From NCBI GenBank assembly GCA_023392595.1, contig JAEVYU010000065.1, positions 8,344 through 72,343 on the forward strand: a DNA stretch of 64,000 bases, given 5' to 3'. The notes below the pieces were generated by a model. It had not been told where the DNA came from and made no database searches. It saw nothing but the letters and a program-made list of their open reading frames with translations. The translations under genes and the position numbers were made by a program. Positions 27,904 through 38,786 of this stretch are shown one piece after another. This DNA is from Bacillota bacterium (GTDB lineage Bacteria > Bacillota > UBA4882 > UBA8346). Each line of letters begins with the position of its first letter. Position 1 is the stretch's first letter.

Positions 27904-29580
27904 TTAGGCTGAAATAACCGGCTCACCACTCATTGTGATGGGAGGAATTACTTCAAGTACCGGTTTAAATACGGCAAGCCGGATAACTTCCTCAATTCGC
28001 TCCACAGGAATAACAGTAATCCCCATTTCATCCTCAAATATTTTTTGCCAATTTTCTTTGGGTATTAATACTCTTTTGACACCTGCTTCTCTGGCGGCAT
28101 TAATTTTTGCGACCACTCCACCAATTGGCATCACCCCGCCTCGAATGGACAATTCACCGGTCATGGCAATTTCATTGTCTACGGCTTGACCTGTTATCGC
28201 CGAATAAATTGCGGTTGCTAAAGTAATCCCTGCCGAGGGGCCATCGATGGGTGTACCTCCAGGAAAATTAACATGGATATCGTAGTTTAAAGGATTAATG
28301 TTCATAAATTTACGTAAAACTGTGAGCACATTCTCTACAGAACCCAAAGCCATACTCTTTCGTCGGAGGGTCCTTCCGCCCCCGCCCATTTCTTCCTCAT
28401 CGACTACTCCGGTTGTGGTAATTTTCCCTTTACCGGCTTCAGATACGGGAATGGCGGAGACTTCAACCTGAATCACGGAACCCATATTGGGTCCGTAAAC
28501 CGCCAGCCCATTAACGTATCCCACTTGCGGTTTTGACGGTATTTTAACACTTGGCCGAGGGGAATATTGACTGCTGTGAATAACCCATTCCAAATCCTTT
28601 ACAGAAACCCCTTTACGGTTTTCCGTGATTGCCAAACCCGCTGTAATTTGAATTAAGTTAACGGCATCCCGGCCATTGGTGGCGTATTTGGTGATGATAT
28701 CGATAACACCCGGCTCAAGTTCAAAAGTGATTTTTTGGGCGGCATTCTCAGCTATCCGTTTAATATCACCCGGAGTCAACGGCTGGAAAAAGATTTCAAC
28801 GCAACGGGAACGAATGGCAGGAGGAATATCCTGCGGCATACGCGTCGTCGCTCCCACAAGACGGAAATCAGCCGGTAACCCATTTTGAAAAATATCGTGG
28901 ATGTGACTTGGAATATTCGTATCCTCTGAACTATAGTAGGCACTCTCAAAAAATACTCGCCGGTCTTCCAAAACTTTCAGCAGTTTATTCATTTGAATGG
29001 GATGAAGTTCGCCAATCTCATCAATAAATAAAACGCCACCATGAGCTTTTGTTACTGCGCCGGGCTTTGGCTGAGGAATTCCCGCAATTCCTAAAGGCCC
29101 CGCTCCTTGATAAATTGGATCGTGAACGGAACCCATTAAAGGATCGGCAATACCGCGGTCATCAAACCGGGCCGTGGTGGCATCGATTTCAATAAAACGG
29201 GCATATTCTTTAAACGGCGAATACCCTTGTTTTTTAGCTTCTTCCAGTACTACCCTGGCTGCTGCAGTTTTCCCTACACCAGGTGGACCGTAAAGTATCA
29301 CATGCTGCGGATTAGGACCACATAATGATGCCCGTAAAGCTTTTAAGCCATCATCCTGGCCGATAATTTCCCCAAAATTACTGGGACGGGTTTTTTCGGA
29401 AAGGGGCTCCGTAAGCGAAATGCGTCTCAATCTTTGTAATTTCTCCATTTCTTTACGGGATTCCCTGTCTACGGCAGTTTTATTCCCCTGCTGCGACTTG
29501 AGTAAGTTCCAAAAATATAAACCAATTACAATCGCAAAAAACAGATTAATAAGACCAAGTACATTCCCTAATACCTCCAT
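27904..29580 (-). CDS. lonB: Sporulation protease LonB (membrane-anchored AAA+ Lon-like protease)
   Basis: N-terminal TM, Walker A GPPGVGKT, and a Lon protease domain with PSAGITLATAIYSA. It lies immediately downstream of clpX, as in spore formers. Confidence 0.9.
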   Translation of the reverse strand: MEVLGNVLGLINLFFAIVIGLYFWNLLKSQQGNKTAVDRESRKEMEKLQRLRRISLTEPLSEKTRPSNFGEIIGQDDGLKALRASLCGPNPQHVILYGPPGVGKTAAARVVLEEAKKQGYSPFKEYARFIEIDATTARFDDRGIADPLMGSVHDPIYQGAGPLGIAGIPQPKPGAVTKAHGGVLFIDEIGELHPIQMNKLLKVLEDRRVFFESAYYSSEDTNIPSHIHDIFQNGLPADFRLVGATTRMPQDIPPAIRSRCVEIFFQPLTPGDIKRIAENAAQKITFELEPGVIDIITKYATNGRDAVNLIQITAGLAITENRKGVSVKDLEWVIHSSQYSPRPSVKIPSKPQVGYVNGLAVYGPNMGSVIQVEVSAIPVSEAGKGKITTTGVVDEEEMGGGGRTLRRKSMALGSVENVLTVLRKFMNINPLNYDIHVNFPGGTPIDGPSAGITLATAIYSAITGQAVDNEIAMTGELSIRGGVMPIGGVVAKINAAREAGVKRVLIPKENWQKIFEDEMGITVIPVERIEEVIRLAVFKPVLEVIPPITMSGEPVISA

Positions 29581-29736
29581 TTGGCAATACTCCTTTCAAC
29601 AACAGTCTCGAAGTAGTAAAGCGTCTCCCAAGATGAATTAAGGCGCTTTTACTTAAGTAGAACGTCACTATCGTTCTTATGATGACGCTATACTAGTATC
29701 ACCAATATGACCTTATTTAAACCCGGGATGATCAAT

Positions 29737-29764
29737 AAAAAATCCCAACCAAAAGGTTGGGATT
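29737..29764 (-). terminator. Rho-independent terminator after clpX
   Basis: On the minus strand, AATCCCAACC-TTTT-GGTTGGGATT is followed by TTTTTAT. Confidence 0.75.
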
Positions 29765-29798
29765 ATAAAATGAGTCATTTTTAAGGGATCAAATTTAT

Positions 29799-31061
29799 TT
29801 AAGCAGATTCTTCTTTCTTTTTTTTACGGGTCTCCACTCCGACTAAAATCGGCTCACCATTTTCTTCAACCATCGATTTGGTAACTACACAACGTTTTAA
29901 ATCATTGTGAGAAGGCAATTCATACATTAAATCCATTAATAATTTCTCGATAATCGCCCGAAGTCCCCTGGCGCCAGTATTCCGTTTGATAGCTTGTTTA
30001 GCGATGGAATCAAGGGCATCCGGTTCAAAAGCCAGTTCAATACTATCGAGTTCAAACAATTTTTGAAATTGTTTGGCCAAAGCATTCTTGGGTTCGGTAA
30101 GAATCTGCACCAAGGCTTTTTCATCCAGAGCATCTAAAGCAACAACAATCGGTAATCGGCCCACAAATTCCGGAATTAAACCGAATTTCAATAAATCCTC
30201 CGGCATAATTTGCCGCAAAATTTCTCCCAGCGGCTTTTCCGTTTTTGACCGGGCCTCGGCGCCAAATCCCAAGGTTTTCTTGCCAATCCTATTTTCAATG
30301 ATCTTTTCTAAACCATCAAATGCGCCGCCACAAATAAATAAGATACTCGTAGTGTCCAGTTGAATAAATTCCTGATGAGGGTGTTTTCGACCCCCTTGAG
30401 GAGGAACCGAAGCGACAGTACCTTCGAGTATTTTTAATAAAGCTTGTTGAACTCCTTCACCGGATACATCCCGGGTTATGGAAGGGTTTTCCGATTTTCG
30501 GGCAATTTTATCAATTTCATCAATATAGATAATTCCTCTTTCGGCCCGCTCCACATCGTAATCAGCTGCTTGAATAAGTTTTAAGAGAATATTCTCAACG
30601 TCTTCACCAACATACCCGGCCTCAGTTAATGAGGTGGCGTCGGCAATTGCGAAAGGAACATTCAAAATTTTTGCTAAAGTCTGGGCGAGTAAAGTTTTAC
30701 CGCAACCCGTCGGTCCTAGTAATAAAATGTTACTCTTTTGAAGCTCCACATCCTCAAAACGTTCTTCGGAGTTGATCCGTTTATAATGATTATAAACAGC
30801 CACTGCCAAAGTTCTTTTGGCGTCTTCCTGGCCAATTACATACTGGTCCAAAATTTCTTTGATTTCTTTAGGCTTAGGATTATTGCCGATGTCCAGATTA
30901 ACTTCTTCACTAAGTTCTTCATCAATAATTTCATTGCAGAGCTCAATGCATTCATCACAAATATACACTCCGGGACCGGCAATCAGTTTTTTCACCTGTT
31001 CCTGTGCTTTACCGCAGAAAGAGCATTTTAACTGGCCTTTTTCATCTCCAAATTTAAGCAT
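29799..31061 (-). CDS. clpX: ATP-dependent Clp protease ATP-binding subunit ClpX
   Basis: Zinc ribbon CSFCGK...CDEC and Walker A GPTGCGKT. Confidence 0.95.
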   Translation of the reverse strand: MLKFGDEKGQLKCSFCGKAQEQVKKLIAGPGVYICDECIELCNEIIDEELSEEVNLDIGNNPKPKEIKEILDQYVIGQEDAKRTLAVAVYNHYKRINSEERFEDVELQKSNILLLGPTGCGKTLLAQTLAKILNVPFAIADATSLTEAGYVGEDVENILLKLIQAADYDVERAERGIIYIDEIDKIARKSENPSITRDVSGEGVQQALLKILEGTVASVPPQGGRKHPHQEFIQLDTTSILFICGGAFDGLEKIIENRIGKKTLGFGAEARSKTEKPLGEILRQIMPEDLLKFGLIPEFVGRLPIVVALDALDEKALVQILTEPKNALAKQFQKLFELDSIELAFEPDALDSIAKQAIKRNTGARGLRAIIEKLLMDLMYELPSHNDLKRCVVTKSMVEENGEPILVGVETRKKKKEESA

Positions 31062-31119
31062 CTCTCCACCTCGCTTTCGGCATATTTTGTGGAAATCTTA
31101 TTTCCCAATTCAACAACAA

Positions 31120-31719
31120 TTACTTTTTTTGGCTGATAAAGATATCGTCAATAATCCCGTATTCTTTAGCTTCCTCTGCAGACATCCAGTAATCGCGATC
31201 CACGTCTTTTTCAATTTTTTCAAAGGGTTGCCCGGTATGTTTCGCCAAGATATGGCTGCCTACTTCTCTCATTCTCAAGATTTCTTTGGCCTGAATTTCG
31301 ATATCGGTTGCTTGCCCTCCGACACCACCCTGAATGTGAGGCTGGTGAATTAAAACTCTGGAATTAGGCAACCCAAAACGTTTTCCTTTACTTCCGGCAG
31401 TCAATAAGATTGCCGCCATACTGGCCGCCATACCCACACAAATCGTCGATACTTGCGGTCGTATGTGTTGGATTGTGTCGTAAATCGCCAGACCTGAATA
31501 TACTGCCCCGCCGGGGCTATTAATATATAGGAAAATTTCTTTATCGGGATCTTCTCCTGCCAAAAAAAGCAATTCCGCTATGATCAAATTGGCTAAATTA
31601 TCATCGATTGGGCCACCCAAAAAGACAATCCGATCCTTTAATAGACGAGAATAAATATCATATGCCCGTTCGCCGCGATTGGTTTGTTCAACCACCATCG
31701 GTACCAAATTCATATTCAT
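31120..31719 (-). CDS. clpP: ATP-dependent Clp protease proteolytic subunit ClpP
   Basis: [15 protein letters not shown]..., Ser motif GMAASMAA, and HQP...G. A GGAGG RBS favours the ATG at 31719. Confidence 0.95.
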   Translation of the reverse strand: MNMNLVPMVVEQTNRGERAYDIYSRLLKDRIVFLGGPIDDNLANLIIAELLFLAGEDPDKEIFLYINSPGGAVYSGLAIYDTIQHIRPQVSTICVGMAASMAAILLTAGSKGKRFGLPNSRVLIHQPHIQGGVGGQATDIEIQAKEILRMREVGSHILAKHTGQPFEKIEKDVDRDYWMSAEEAKEYGIIDDIFISQKK

Positions 31720-31773
31720 CAATTTGCTCCCCTCCTAGCATGTGCGCCTATGTACGCGAATATTCAATGCTTA

Positions 31774-33081
31774 TTACTTTTCAACAATTTTAACAATAGC
31801 TTGTTCTTTAATAAAATCAGCAGTTTTTTCCAATAAAATAGCCTGTTTGACTCCGGAGAGCCGACCGTTTTTCTCCAAATCCTTTTTTAATTTATCCGGA
31901 TTCTTTTGTTCATACATTGCTGCCAGTTCCTGAATTTTTTGATTAACTTCATCTTCAGACACTTCAATATTTTCAGCCTTAGCAACACTGTTCAAAATCA
32001 AATCGGTTTTAACCCGCTTTACGGCTTCGGGACGAAAATCTTCTTTCACTTGTTCGTTGGATTTTTGAGTATATTCCAAGTATTTCTCCAAGGTTAAACC
32101 TTGATATGCCAAGTTATGCTCAAAACGGTGCAATAAATCGTCCATTTCCTGCTTAATCATTGTTTCCGGCACATCGACCGTAGCGTTTTCGACCGCAGTA
32201 TTGATGACGGCATCACTGAAATTCGCTTCCAACTCCCGCTCATTCATGGCTAGTATTTTTTCTTGAAGATCATTTTTCAACTCATCGACAGTTTCAAAGT
32301 TCCCTACCGATTTAGCAAATTCATCATCAATCGTCGGAATTTCTTTAACCTTAATTTCATGGAGCGTTACCTTAAAGGTTGCCTCTTTACCGGCTAAATC
32401 TTTACTATGATAGTCTTCAGGAAATTTGACAGTGATGTCTTTGGAATTTTCAGGGGACATTCCAACCAATTGTTCCTCAAATCCCGGTATGAAACTGCCG
32501 GATCCGATTTCTAACGAATACCCCTGAGCAGCTCCACCTGGAAATGCCTTGCCGTCAACATAGCCTTCAAAATCGATGACCGAAAAGTCACCTTTTTCAA
32601 GTTCCTTTTTATCGCTCACCACAAGCTCGGCATGACGTTCTTGCAAAGATTTCAGCCGTTCTTCGATTTCGCTTTCGCTAACCGTAGCTTTTTTCTTTTC
32701 AATTTCCAGACCTTTATATTGCCCCAATTTCACTTCAGGCAATACTTCAATTTTCGCTTTATAAACAAAATTTTTACCTTCTTCAAACGGTTCTTTGATT
32801 TCCAATTTCGGTTGATCAATGGGCTCTAAATTATATTGTTCCATCCCTTTAAAATATCCCTTGGATACAATTATATCTAAAGCATCCTCGTAAAGAACGG
32901 TTTTTCCGAATTGGGCCTCAAGAATTTGGCGTGGAATATGTCCCTTACGAAAGCCCGGTAAATTCACCTTATTAACAACGATTTTGTAACTCTCTGCCAA
33001 AGCATCTTCGATTTCTTTGGGGTCAACCGTAACCTCCAGCATGACAAAATTCTGTTCTAGTTTTTCCAGGTTAAACTGCAT
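31774..33081 (-). CDS. tig: Trigger factor
   Basis: GFRKGHIP ribosome-binding loop and an FKBP-type middle domain; upstream of clpP-clpX. Confidence 0.95.
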   Translation of the reverse strand: MQFNLEKLEQNFVMLEVTVDPKEIEDALAESYKIVVNKVNLPGFRKGHIPRQILEAQFGKTVLYEDALDIIVSKGYFKGMEQYNLEPIDQPKLEIKEPFEEGKNFVYKAKIEVLPEVKLGQYKGLEIEKKKATVSESEIEERLKSLQERHAELVVSDKKELEKGDFSVIDFEGYVDGKAFPGGAAQGYSLEIGSGSFIPGFEEQLVGMSPENSKDITVKFPEDYHSKDLAGKEATFKVTLHEIKVKEIPTIDDEFAKSVGNFETVDELKNDLQEKILAMNERELEANFSDAVINTAVENATVDVPETMIKQEMDDLLHRFEHNLAYQGLTLEKYLEYTQKSNEQVKEDFRPEAVKRVKTDLILNSVAKAENIEVSEDEVNQKIQELAAMYEQKNPDKLKKDLEKNGRLSGVKQAILLEKTADFIKEQAIVKIVEK

Positions 33082-33286
33082 TTATGCTCCTCCGAATCTG
33101 TACTATAATATATGTTTGACGCTGAAATTTCTTGCCCTTTATCTGCATTCAGCATTTCGACACTTCGATTTGAAACTCCTGCTAAACTATTATCGCTCAT
33201 AGAGCTCAGAAGTAAACGAAATTTATAATTTCCACGATGCAAATTTTTCCGCATGATTCCGGTAAATCCCGTTAAAATTTCAGCAT

Positions 33287-33312
33287 AAAAAATAACCCCC
33301 GGCTATCCGAGG
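33287..33312 (-). terminator. Possible terminator after tRNA-Leu
   Basis: On the minus strand, CCTCGG-ATAG-CCGGGG (one G-U pair) is followed by a T-rich run. Confidence 0.4.
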
Positions 33313-33374
33313 ATAATAAAATATTACCTTTGTTATCTTAAAAAGTCAATAGCTTCGGATGAAATCAATTTAAT

Positions 33375-33456
33375 TGGTGCGAGAGGCGGGACTTGAACCC
33401 GCACGGTTGCCCACTAGATCCTAAGTCTAGCGCGTCTGCCATTCCGCCACTCTCGC
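33375..33456 (-). tRNA. tRNA-Leu (anticodon UAG), class II with long variable arm, CCA encoded
   Basis: Folded by hand. Acceptor GCGAGAG/CUCUCGC, anticodon stem CUAGA/UCUAG with loop CUUAGGA, T arm GCGGG-UUCAAGU-CCCGC, 3-prime ACCA. Confidence 0.9.
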
Positions 33457-33514
33457 ATCGTATACAAGATTATAGCACCGGCATGACAAGACGTCAAGCC
33501 TATTAACACCGTAT

Positions 33515-34633
33515 TTATTGAAATAATCCAGTAACCCATTCCCAAAACCGCTGAAAAATCCCTTTTCGCTGAACAGGGGTTATAGCAACCACCGGACATT
33601 TTTCCAAGACCTTTCCGCCCAGTTCCACTTTAAGCTCACCGACATGTTGGGCTTTTTCAACCGGCGCCTTAATGGACTGAGGTAAACTCAAATTCATTTG
33701 GAGTTTTGATTCCGTTCCTTTCGGGATAATCAGATTAATTGGACTCATAGCAGAAACCGGAACTTGTTGCTGCACTCCTCCGGCAACATTCACCGCTCCT
33801 AACCTCTTCGTAGAAGAAAGGGTATAAAGTTGAAACCGACTGAATCCATAATCCAATAAAGCCGTTGAGTCAACATATTCATTTTTGCTATGTAATACTA
33901 CGACGATCAAGCGATGGTTATTCTTCGTCGCCGACGTAACCAGACAGTGACCGGCCTGGCGGGTATATCCTGTCTTTACTCCATCAGCATACGGATAACG
34001 CCACAACATTTTATTATGGTTATACATCGTCCGATCCCACTTATGTCCGGGCCAACTAATAATTTTTTTCTTGGTATTTACAATTTCATTAAAAATCGGA
34101 TTATGTAAGGCATAACGGGTGATAAGCGCCAAATCGTAAGCTGTAGTATAATGATTTATTTCCGGAAGGCCGTTACAATTAACAAAATGGCTGTCTTTAG
34201 CCCCCAATGCTTTTGCTTTCTCATTCATCCAGGCGGCAAAATTACTTTCCGAGCCGGCCAAATTTTCGGCGACGGTAACGGAGGCGTCATTTCCGGAATT
34301 TAAAAGAATACCATATAATAAATCCTCAAGAGTATGGGCTTCACCGGGAGCAAGCCAAATGGATGACCCATCCGTTTTACTGGCTTTGGTGCTTGAAACC
34401 ATTTCTTGATTCATTTTACCGCGCTCAATTGCTAAAATCGCGGTTAATATTTTGGTGGTACTGGCAGGGGCTAGTTTTTTCGAGGCGTTTTTTTGATATA
34501 AGATTTCACCCGTAGTGTAGTCCATTAAAATTGCTGCCGAGGCGGTTACTTCAACTCCACTAGCGGCAAATACGCAGGTTGTAATGATAATTGGAACCAT
34601 AAATAGTAAAAAATAGAAAAGCCGCTTTTTCAT
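33515..34633 (-). CDS. D-alanyl-D-alanine carboxypeptidase (S11, PBP5/DacB/DacF-like)
   Basis: Signal peptide, SxxK (ASTTK) and SxN (NSGND). Confidence 0.85.
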   Translation of the reverse strand: MKKRLFYFLLFMVPIIITTCVFAASGVEVTASAAILMDYTTGEILYQKNASKKLAPASTTKILTAILAIERGKMNQEMVSSTKASKTDGSSIWLAPGEAHTLEDLLYGILLNSGNDASVTVAENLAGSESNFAAWMNEKAKALGAKDSHFVNCNGLPEINHYTTAYDLALITRYALHNPIFNEIVNTKKKIISWPGHKWDRTMYNHNKMLWRYPYADGVKTGYTRQAGHCLVTSATKNNHRLIVVVLHSKNEYVDSTALLDYGFSRFQLYTLSSTKRLGAVNVAGGVQQQVPVSAMSPINLIIPKGTESKLQMNLSLPQSIKAPVEKAQHVGELKVELGGKVLEKCPVVAITPVQRKGIFQRFWEWVTGLFQ

Positions 34634-34800
34634 AAGAGAGCCTCCACCCAGTTGTTTGTTTGTTCATTTCTGAAAACAGTCATGAAATCCTGCGTATACC
34701 TTTGTTTTTTATTTGGAAATTCATGGACTTGCTTAGGAAGAACTACCTTCCTGACCTATAGGGTGGATTAGTTGCCAAAATCCGGTTCATTTTTAATCAA

Positions 34801-34826
34801 TAAAAAAACCGCACATAACGCGGTTT
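34801..34826 (-). terminator. Rho-independent terminator after ytfJ
   Basis: On the minus strand, AAACCGC-loop-GCGGTTT is followed by TTTTTTA. Confidence 0.6.
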
Positions 34827-34871
34827 ATTTGAATTCTGGGGACCATTTGATGATCATTGCTTTTGAAAAAA

Positions 34872-35309
34872 TTAATGGATTTCTTTTTCTTGATTTTTGG
34901 GACTGATAAATTCATGCAGTTTATCCAACAACTGTGGAGCTGAGTCTAAAATACGATCCACTAATACATTGCTTTCAATCGGTAATAATTTGGTTTGCTC
35001 TTTACCGACAACTAAAAAAGCTACCGGATTAATGGTAATTCCGGCGCCGCTTCCCCCGCCGAATGGAAGCTTCTTACTACTCTCCGTTGTTTCCTGATTC
35101 CGTTCGCGATCTTTATCCTTGGCTTTTAACATATTGGCCTCAAATTCACTGCCGCCGGCTGCAAAACCAAATGTGACTCGCGAAATTGGTACAATAACGC
35201 TACCATCCAGTGTTTCTACCGGATCTCCAAGTATGGTATTGACATCAACCATTTCTTTAATATTCTGCATCGCGGTTTTCATTAAACCTTCAATTGGATG
35301 ATCTTCCAA
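34872..35309 (-). CDS. ytfJ: Sporulation protein YtfJ (GerW family)
   Basis: …VIVPISRVTFGFAAGGSEF… and …FGGGSGAGITINPVAFLVV… are characteristic of YtfJ/GerW. Confidence 0.8.
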   Translation of the reverse strand: MEDHPIEGLMKTAMQNIKEMVDVNTILGDPVETLDGSVIVPISRVTFGFAAGGSEFEANMLKAKDKDRERNQETTESSKKLPFGGGSGAGITINPVAFLVVGKEQTKLLPIESNVLVDRILDSAPQLLDKLHEFISPKNQEKEIH

Positions 35310-35988
35310 ATCCGATACCTCCTTTCATCATGCGATGACGGAAATGCGCTATAAAAGCAGCAATTATAATATAGCCCAGTTTAACGCGAAATATACAGTC
35401 AAAGTTCAAGTCCAATCTCAGGTTTTGGAAATCGGGAATTACTTGAATATCCGGCTTCAAATCAAATTTTATCTTACGATGAAGATAACTTAAAAGACTT
35501 GATTTGCCCCCCCATAAAATTCCATAAATTATCGCTGTGCTCACTGGATTTCCAGTACCGAATCGCGTAATCCAGGTGAATTTGGTAAAATGCCCTCGCT
35601 TTTCCAAATCTTCAACTACAAATAGCCAGCGGTGGTATTGGGCAGGCAAAAAATAAGTGAGTAAAGTCACCCCTAAACCCCTTTCTTGATAGCTCTGAAA
35701 AAATTCCCGCCAGTTGCGGGAATCTCCTTGATAGGAGGTGGTTTTTTTTTGACGGCGGATTTTCCTTAAGAAAAACCAGCGGCCGGAGTTTTTTTGTTGT
35801 ACTTTAACCCCTTTGGCTGTTAATTGGAGTAAACTGATGGCTCTGCGTCTTTTCAACAAACCATGTAAAAAAGACATTTCTAACACTAAGGCATCGTCCC
35901 AAGCTACCTTTTGATAAAAGATCCTGAATTCAACCGGTAAAAAAAAGAATATACAAAAAACACTTAAAAACAAAAAAAGCTGAACCAC
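35290..35988 (-). CDS. DUF2953-like (YtfI-like) membrane protein
   Basis: N-terminal TM. It overlaps and precedes ytfJ, as ytfI does in B. subtilis. Confidence 0.55.
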   Translation of the reverse strand: MVQLFLFLSVFCIFFFLPVEFRIFYQKVAWDDALVLEMSFLHGLLKRRRAISLLQLTAKGVKVQQKNSGRWFFLRKIRRQKKTTSYQGDSRNWREFFQSYQERGLGVTLLTYFLPAQYHRWLFVVEDLEKRGHFTKFTWITRFGTGNPVSTAIIYGILWGGKSSLLSYLHRKIKFDLKPDIQVIPDFQNLRLDLNFDCIFRVKLGYIIIAAFIAHFRHRMMKGGIGFGRSSN

Positions 35989-36028
35989 AGATTCACCCCG
36001 AGGTTTCCAGTCTGTGGTTATTTTTCCA

Positions 36029-38725
36029 CTAAAACGTGGACCTATGCGTTTCGAAGCGAAAGATACTTAAATGTTTCTTAATCACGCTTCGGAACTGAAA
36101 CACCAGTTCTCCGATGATTGTTGATAATAATGTCAAAGCCAGGATCATACCCCAATCGGCGGCCTTTAGGGAAGTAGTATAAAAAATCCTCTGAAACCAG
36201 GGAATCATAATAACCGCCACTTGCATTGCGCTAGAGACGAAGGCTGCTCCCAAAAGATACCAGTTTTGAAAAGGATTGAGCTGCAATAGGCTCTTGGATT
36301 CTGAACGACACTGAAATACAAAAAATAATTGGGCAAAAACCAAGGTTGCAAAGGCCGCCGTACGTGCTTCCATTAAGCCGCCTGCCTTTAATTTCAAAAT
36401 ATAAACCAGTAAAGTAACCGCACCGATCATTACACCCTGAAACATTATTTTCAGGCCCAATCCTCGCCCAAAAATCCCTTCCCGGGGAGGCCTGGGCCGC
36501 CGGTTCATATTGTCCACATCTGCCTGATCCATTCCGAGTGCAATTGCAGGAAGTCCATCCGTAACCAAGTTGACCCACAATATTTGAATCGGCAGGAGAG
36601 GGAAAGGTAAGCCCAACATAATACCGCCAAACATGGTTAAAATTTCCCCCATATTACAGCTTAACAAATAGCGGATAAACTTACGGATATTATCATAAAT
36701 TGTCCGTCCTTCTTCAACTGCTGCAATGATTGTGGCAAAATTATCATCCGCAATGACCATTGCCGAAGCCTCTTTCGTGACATCGGTACCGCTTTGACCC
36801 ATAGCCACTCCAATATCAGCTTCCTTAATTGCAGGAGCATCGTTAACACCATCCCCGGTCATGGCAACAATTTCTCCTTGTTGCTTTAATGCCTTAACCA
36901 CCCTTAATTTATGGTGAGGTGAAACCCGGGCAAAAACGTCAATTTCATGAATAATGGCAGCTAGCGCTTTATCGCTCAATTGGTCGATTTCCCTTCCGGT
37001 AATGATTTTACCCTCAGGCCTGAGCAAATAAATTTGTTTGGCGATAGCCGCAGCAGTCCGCGGGTAATCTCCAGTAATCATTTTGGTCTGAATTCCTGCG
37101 CGTCTGGCCTTCTCGATGGCTCCTCTCGATTCGGGTCGCGGTGGGTCGGTCATTCCCATCAATCCGACAAAGATTAAGCCCTTTTCAGGATCGTTATTTT
37201 TCAGATGGATTTCCTCAAACCGGGCTGGCCGGTAGGCGAAGGCCAAGATTCGCAGGCCTTTAGACCCCCATTTTTCCGTACAGCTTTTAACTTCCATTTT
37301 CATTTTCGATGAAAAAGGGACAATCCCAACATTAGACCCAACATGGGTACAGCGCTCCATCATAATATCGGCGGCGCCTTTAACCAACAACAACAGGCCA
37401 TCCTGGCTTTTTACCCATACGCTCATACGTTTGCGGTCCGAGCTGAAGGGAATTTCCCCAAGGCGCATTTGTTCCCGGGCGCAACACACCGGATCGATTC
37501 CAAATTTTAGAGCAGCTGTCAGCAATGCTCCTTCTGTCGGATCCCCAATAATATTGAGTAAATTTCCTTCCTTTTGAAGTTCGGCATTATTACAAAGAAT
37601 ACCGATTTCCAGCAGTCGTTTAAATACCCCTCCTATATCAGCCGCTGTCTTTTTGGGGGAATCATCTGACTCCAAACTATACTCCCCTCCCCCGGTCCAA
37701 AGCCGGGTAACTCCCAATTTGTTCTGGGTTAATGTTCCCGTCTTGTCTGAACAAATTACCGTAGCGCAACCCAAGGTTTCTACCGCCGGCAACCTGCGGA
37801 TGATCGCATTCCGACGAATCATTTTCTGGACTCCCACTGCCAAGACAATGGTGACAATAGCCGGCAAACCCTCCGGAATCGCAGCTACCGCTAGACTTAC
37901 AGCGGCCAAAAACATTTGGCGGGGTGGTTCACCCCTTAAAACCCCCATTGTCCCTACAGCTGCGCAAACACCTAAACAAATCACAACCAGCCATTTTCCT
38001 AGCTGTTCCAAACGTTTTTGTAAAGGAGTTTCTTCAGTTTGAGCATTACTTATCAAACCGGCTATTTTGCCGATTTCTGTTTTCATTCCGGTTGCTGTAA
38101 CAATAGCCCGTCCTCTTCCGCCAGTAACAATCGTACCCGCGAATACCATATTTTTTTGATCGCCGAGTGCGGGGTGGGGATCTTTATGAACATGTTCATC
38201 TTTTAAAACTGCCAAAGACTCACCGGTTAAGGTGGCCTCATTGATTTCCAAATCGGTGGCTAGGATGATTCTACCATCGGCCGCAATCCTATCCCCGCTT
38301 TCCAAAACCAGAATGTCGCCGGGAACGATAGATTTGGCAGGCGCTCTCTGCACTTTACCGTCCCGAAAAACGTGAGCCAGGGGTGCGGTTAATTCTTTTA
38401 AAGCTTCTAAAGACTTTTCTGCCCGGTATTCTTGGATAAACCCCAAAAAAGAGTTGAGAATGACGATAGCGACAATTGTGATCGCATCAGCCTTTTCTCC
38501 CAGCAAACCCGAAACAATTGCGGCTCCAATCAGCACCAACACCATGAAATCCTTAAATTGCGAGCCTAAGATTTGCCATGGCGAAAGCTTTATTCCGGGA
38601 GCTAGTTGATTTTGTCCCACTTTGGCGAGTCTGCGGTTTGCTTCGGAAGTTGTCAATCCTTTCTTTTCACAGCTGGAGAAATCTTTGATTACATCTTTGG
38701 TTTCAATGTTAAACCAGTTGGACAT
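36029..38725 (-). CDS. Cation (Ca2+-type) transporting P-type ATPase, YloB-like
   Basis: CSDKTGTLT phosphorylation site, TGDGVNDAPA and PEGLP. GGAGG lies before the ATG at 38725 (the ORF opens at 38737). Confidence 0.9.
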   Translation of the reverse strand: MSNWFNIETKDVIKDFSSCEKKGLTTSEANRRLAKVGQNQLAPGIKLSPWQILGSQFKDFMVLVLIGAAIVSGLLGEKADAITIVAIVILNSFLGFIQEYRAEKSLEALKELTAPLAHVFRDGKVQRAPAKSIVPGDILVLESGDRIAADGRIILATDLEINEATLTGESLAVLKDEHVHKDPHPALGDQKNMVFAGTIVTGGRGRAIVTATGMKTEIGKIAGLISNAQTEETPLQKRLEQLGKWLVVICLGVCAAVGTMGVLRGEPPRQMFLAAVSLAVAAIPEGLPAIVTIVLAVGVQKMIRRNAIIRRLPAVETLGCATVICSDKTGTLTQNKLGVTRLWTGGGEYSLESDDSPKKTAADIGGVFKRLLEIGILCNNAELQKEGNLLNIIGDPTEGALLTAALKFGIDPVCCAREQMRLGEIPFSSDRKRMSVWVKSQDGLLLLVKGAADIMMERCTHVGSNVGIVPFSSKMKMEVKSCTEKWGSKGLRILAFAYRPARFEEIHLKNNDPEKGLIFVGLMGMTDPPRPESRGAIEKARRAGIQTKMITGDYPRTAAAIAKQIYLLRPEGKIITGREIDQLSDKALAAIIHEIDVFARVSPHHKLRVVKALKQQGEIVAMTGDGVNDAPAIKEADIGVAMGQSGTDVTKEASAMVIADDNFATIIAAVEEGRTIYDNIRKFIRYLLSCNMGEILTMFGGIMLGLPFPLLPIQILWVNLVTDGLPAIALGMDQADVDNMNRRPRPPREGIFGRGLGLKIMFQGVMIGAVTLLVYILKLKAGGLMEARTAAFATLVFAQLFFVFQCRSESKSLLQLNPFQNWYLLGAAFVSSAMQVAVIMIPWFQRIFYTTSLKAADWGMILALTLLSTIIGELVFQFRSVIKKHLSIFRFETHRSTF

Positions 38726-38786
38726 ATTCTCCTCCATTGACCAAACTGTCTTTCATCGCTATACTTACTAAGGGAGGTTAAAAAAA

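Noticed and set aside
30817-31353. 178-aa plus-strand ORF spanning the clpX start and clpP end. The same applies to other long antisense ORFs at 1553-2095, 17232-17657, 27012-27458, 39948-40400 and 41984-42385
   Set aside because: All lie antisense to strongly supported conserved genes, lack an RBS and have low-complexity translations. They are typical shadow ORFs.
33414-33599. 61-aa ORF overlapping tRNA-Leu and the end of the carboxypeptidase gene
   Set aside because: It overlaps a well-folded tRNA gene and a confident CDS, so it is a shadow ORF.
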